From: Perkinsus olseni
Taxonomy: Eukaryota
Direction of reading: 5' to 3'
Length of the DNA: 20,000 nt
Assembly (NCBI GenBank): GCA_013115125.1
Contig: JABANN010000090.1
Span: 56,228-76,227, forward strand
Notes under the pieces: generated by a model
What the model was told of the DNA's origin: nothing
The model's input: only the letters and a program-made list of their open reading frames with translations
Databases searched by the model: none
Position numbers and translations under genes: made by a program
Shown here: positions 19,425 through 20,000 of the stretch, one piece after another
Layout: each line of letters starts with the position of its first letter
How positions within the stretch are numbered: position 1 is the first letter of the stretch

Positions 19425-19515
19425 AACAAAAGCTAAACTTAATAACACGTGTGTTATTAAGTTTAGCTTTTGTTAAACACAAAGTGTGTGTTTAACACGA
19501 GTGTGTTAAACACAC
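19425..19515. repeat. Chain of overlapping perfect inverted repeats (24 bp, 11 bp, 13 bp)
   Basis: 19425-19448/19451-19474; 19471-19481/19487-19497; 19486-19498/19503-19515. Confidence 0.95.
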
Positions 19516-20000
19516 TCTAAGATTCTTGAAGTGCTCACGAATCGCCTTATCATCAGCAGCCTTCAAGATCGCAGTCACCTCATCCTTCTCATAGCCAACT
19601 AAGGTGAACTTCTCCTTACCATATGTACCACCAGTAGTACTATTCTTCCTGTAAACGGCCACCACACTGCCAGGAGTAGGACGTCTCCGAGGCCGAGGAA
19701 CATAAGTACGGGCCCTAAGATCTTCCAAGTAAGCATCTCTGAGCTCTCGTCTCGCATCATCGAGCTCATAGGTCGTACTCAACTGTGGGCTCGTATCCAA
19801 GTTCAACTGACGAGCTTCAGCTTCAACAAATTGGCGACCGTAGAAGACTTCGAAGGGTGAACAGTCGGCAGTAGCACCAACCAGAGGGGCCACATTCGCC
19901 TTACGCATAGCCTTGCTCAATAAGGGCTCCCAATGAGCCGATTTACCATTCAATAACCGTCTCATCAAACCTTTCAACGATGATACCCGTCGTTCGCATA
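19492..20000 (-). CDS. Retrotransposon integrase, C-terminal part (partial)
   Basis: CERRVSSLKGLM..W..LL.....N.....SPFEVFYGR matches the rve core tail (catalytic E in ER). The ORF ends with G..V.V ... EHFKNLR, typical of gypsy integrase C-termini. Confidence 0.85.
   Translation of the reverse strand, partial: CERRVSSLKGLMRRLLNGKSAHWEPLLSKAMRKANVAPLVGATADCSPFEVFYGRQFVEAEARQLNLDTSPQLSTTYELDDARRELRDAYLEDLRARTYVPRPRRRPTPGSVVAVYRKNSTTGGTYGKEKFTLVGYEKDEVTAILKAADDKAIREHFKNLRVCLTHSC

Larger units (their letters stand above)
19200..20000 (-). mobile_element. 3' end of a Ty3/gypsy-type LTR retrotransposon
   Basis: Order on the minus strand is integrase C-terminus, short spacer, polypurine tract, TG...CA LTR. 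Integrase as the last pol domain excludes copia, and the SPFE..YGR motif favours Ty3/gypsy. Confidence 0.85.

Noticed and set aside
1-20000. CRISPR arrays, tRNAs, rRNA, prokaryotic operons
   Set aside because: No repeat-spacer periodicity, cloverleaf or rRNA motifs seen, and the sequence is intron-rich eukaryotic DNA.

Overview
Gene-dense eukaryotic window with many very short (about 43-65 nt) GT-AG introns. The style suggests a Perkinsus-like alveolate, which is inference only. Manual splicing gives three minus-strand genes (spliceosomal CWC15, an intronless tetraspanin-like 4-TM protein, ORC2), then four plus-strand paralogous ankyrin-repeat genes (A-D) with shared intron positions, interrupted by a small minus-strand type-I membrane protein gene. 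The window ends in the 3' end of a Ty3/gypsy-type LTR retrotransposon (integrase, PPT, 197-bp LTR). The main signal is non-coding: nearly all of the about 15 introns over 100 nt are packed with sense-strand hairpins and multibranch stems (with G-U pairs) that would collapse them to roughly short-intron length. At homologous positions one paralog has a 44-65 nt intron and another a 100-456 nt structured one. Several perfect fold-back duplications centred on ACA/TGT-like motifs suggest the mutational source, and one creates a candidate newborn 43-nt intron. All gene models and folds were derived by eye, without computation or transcript data.
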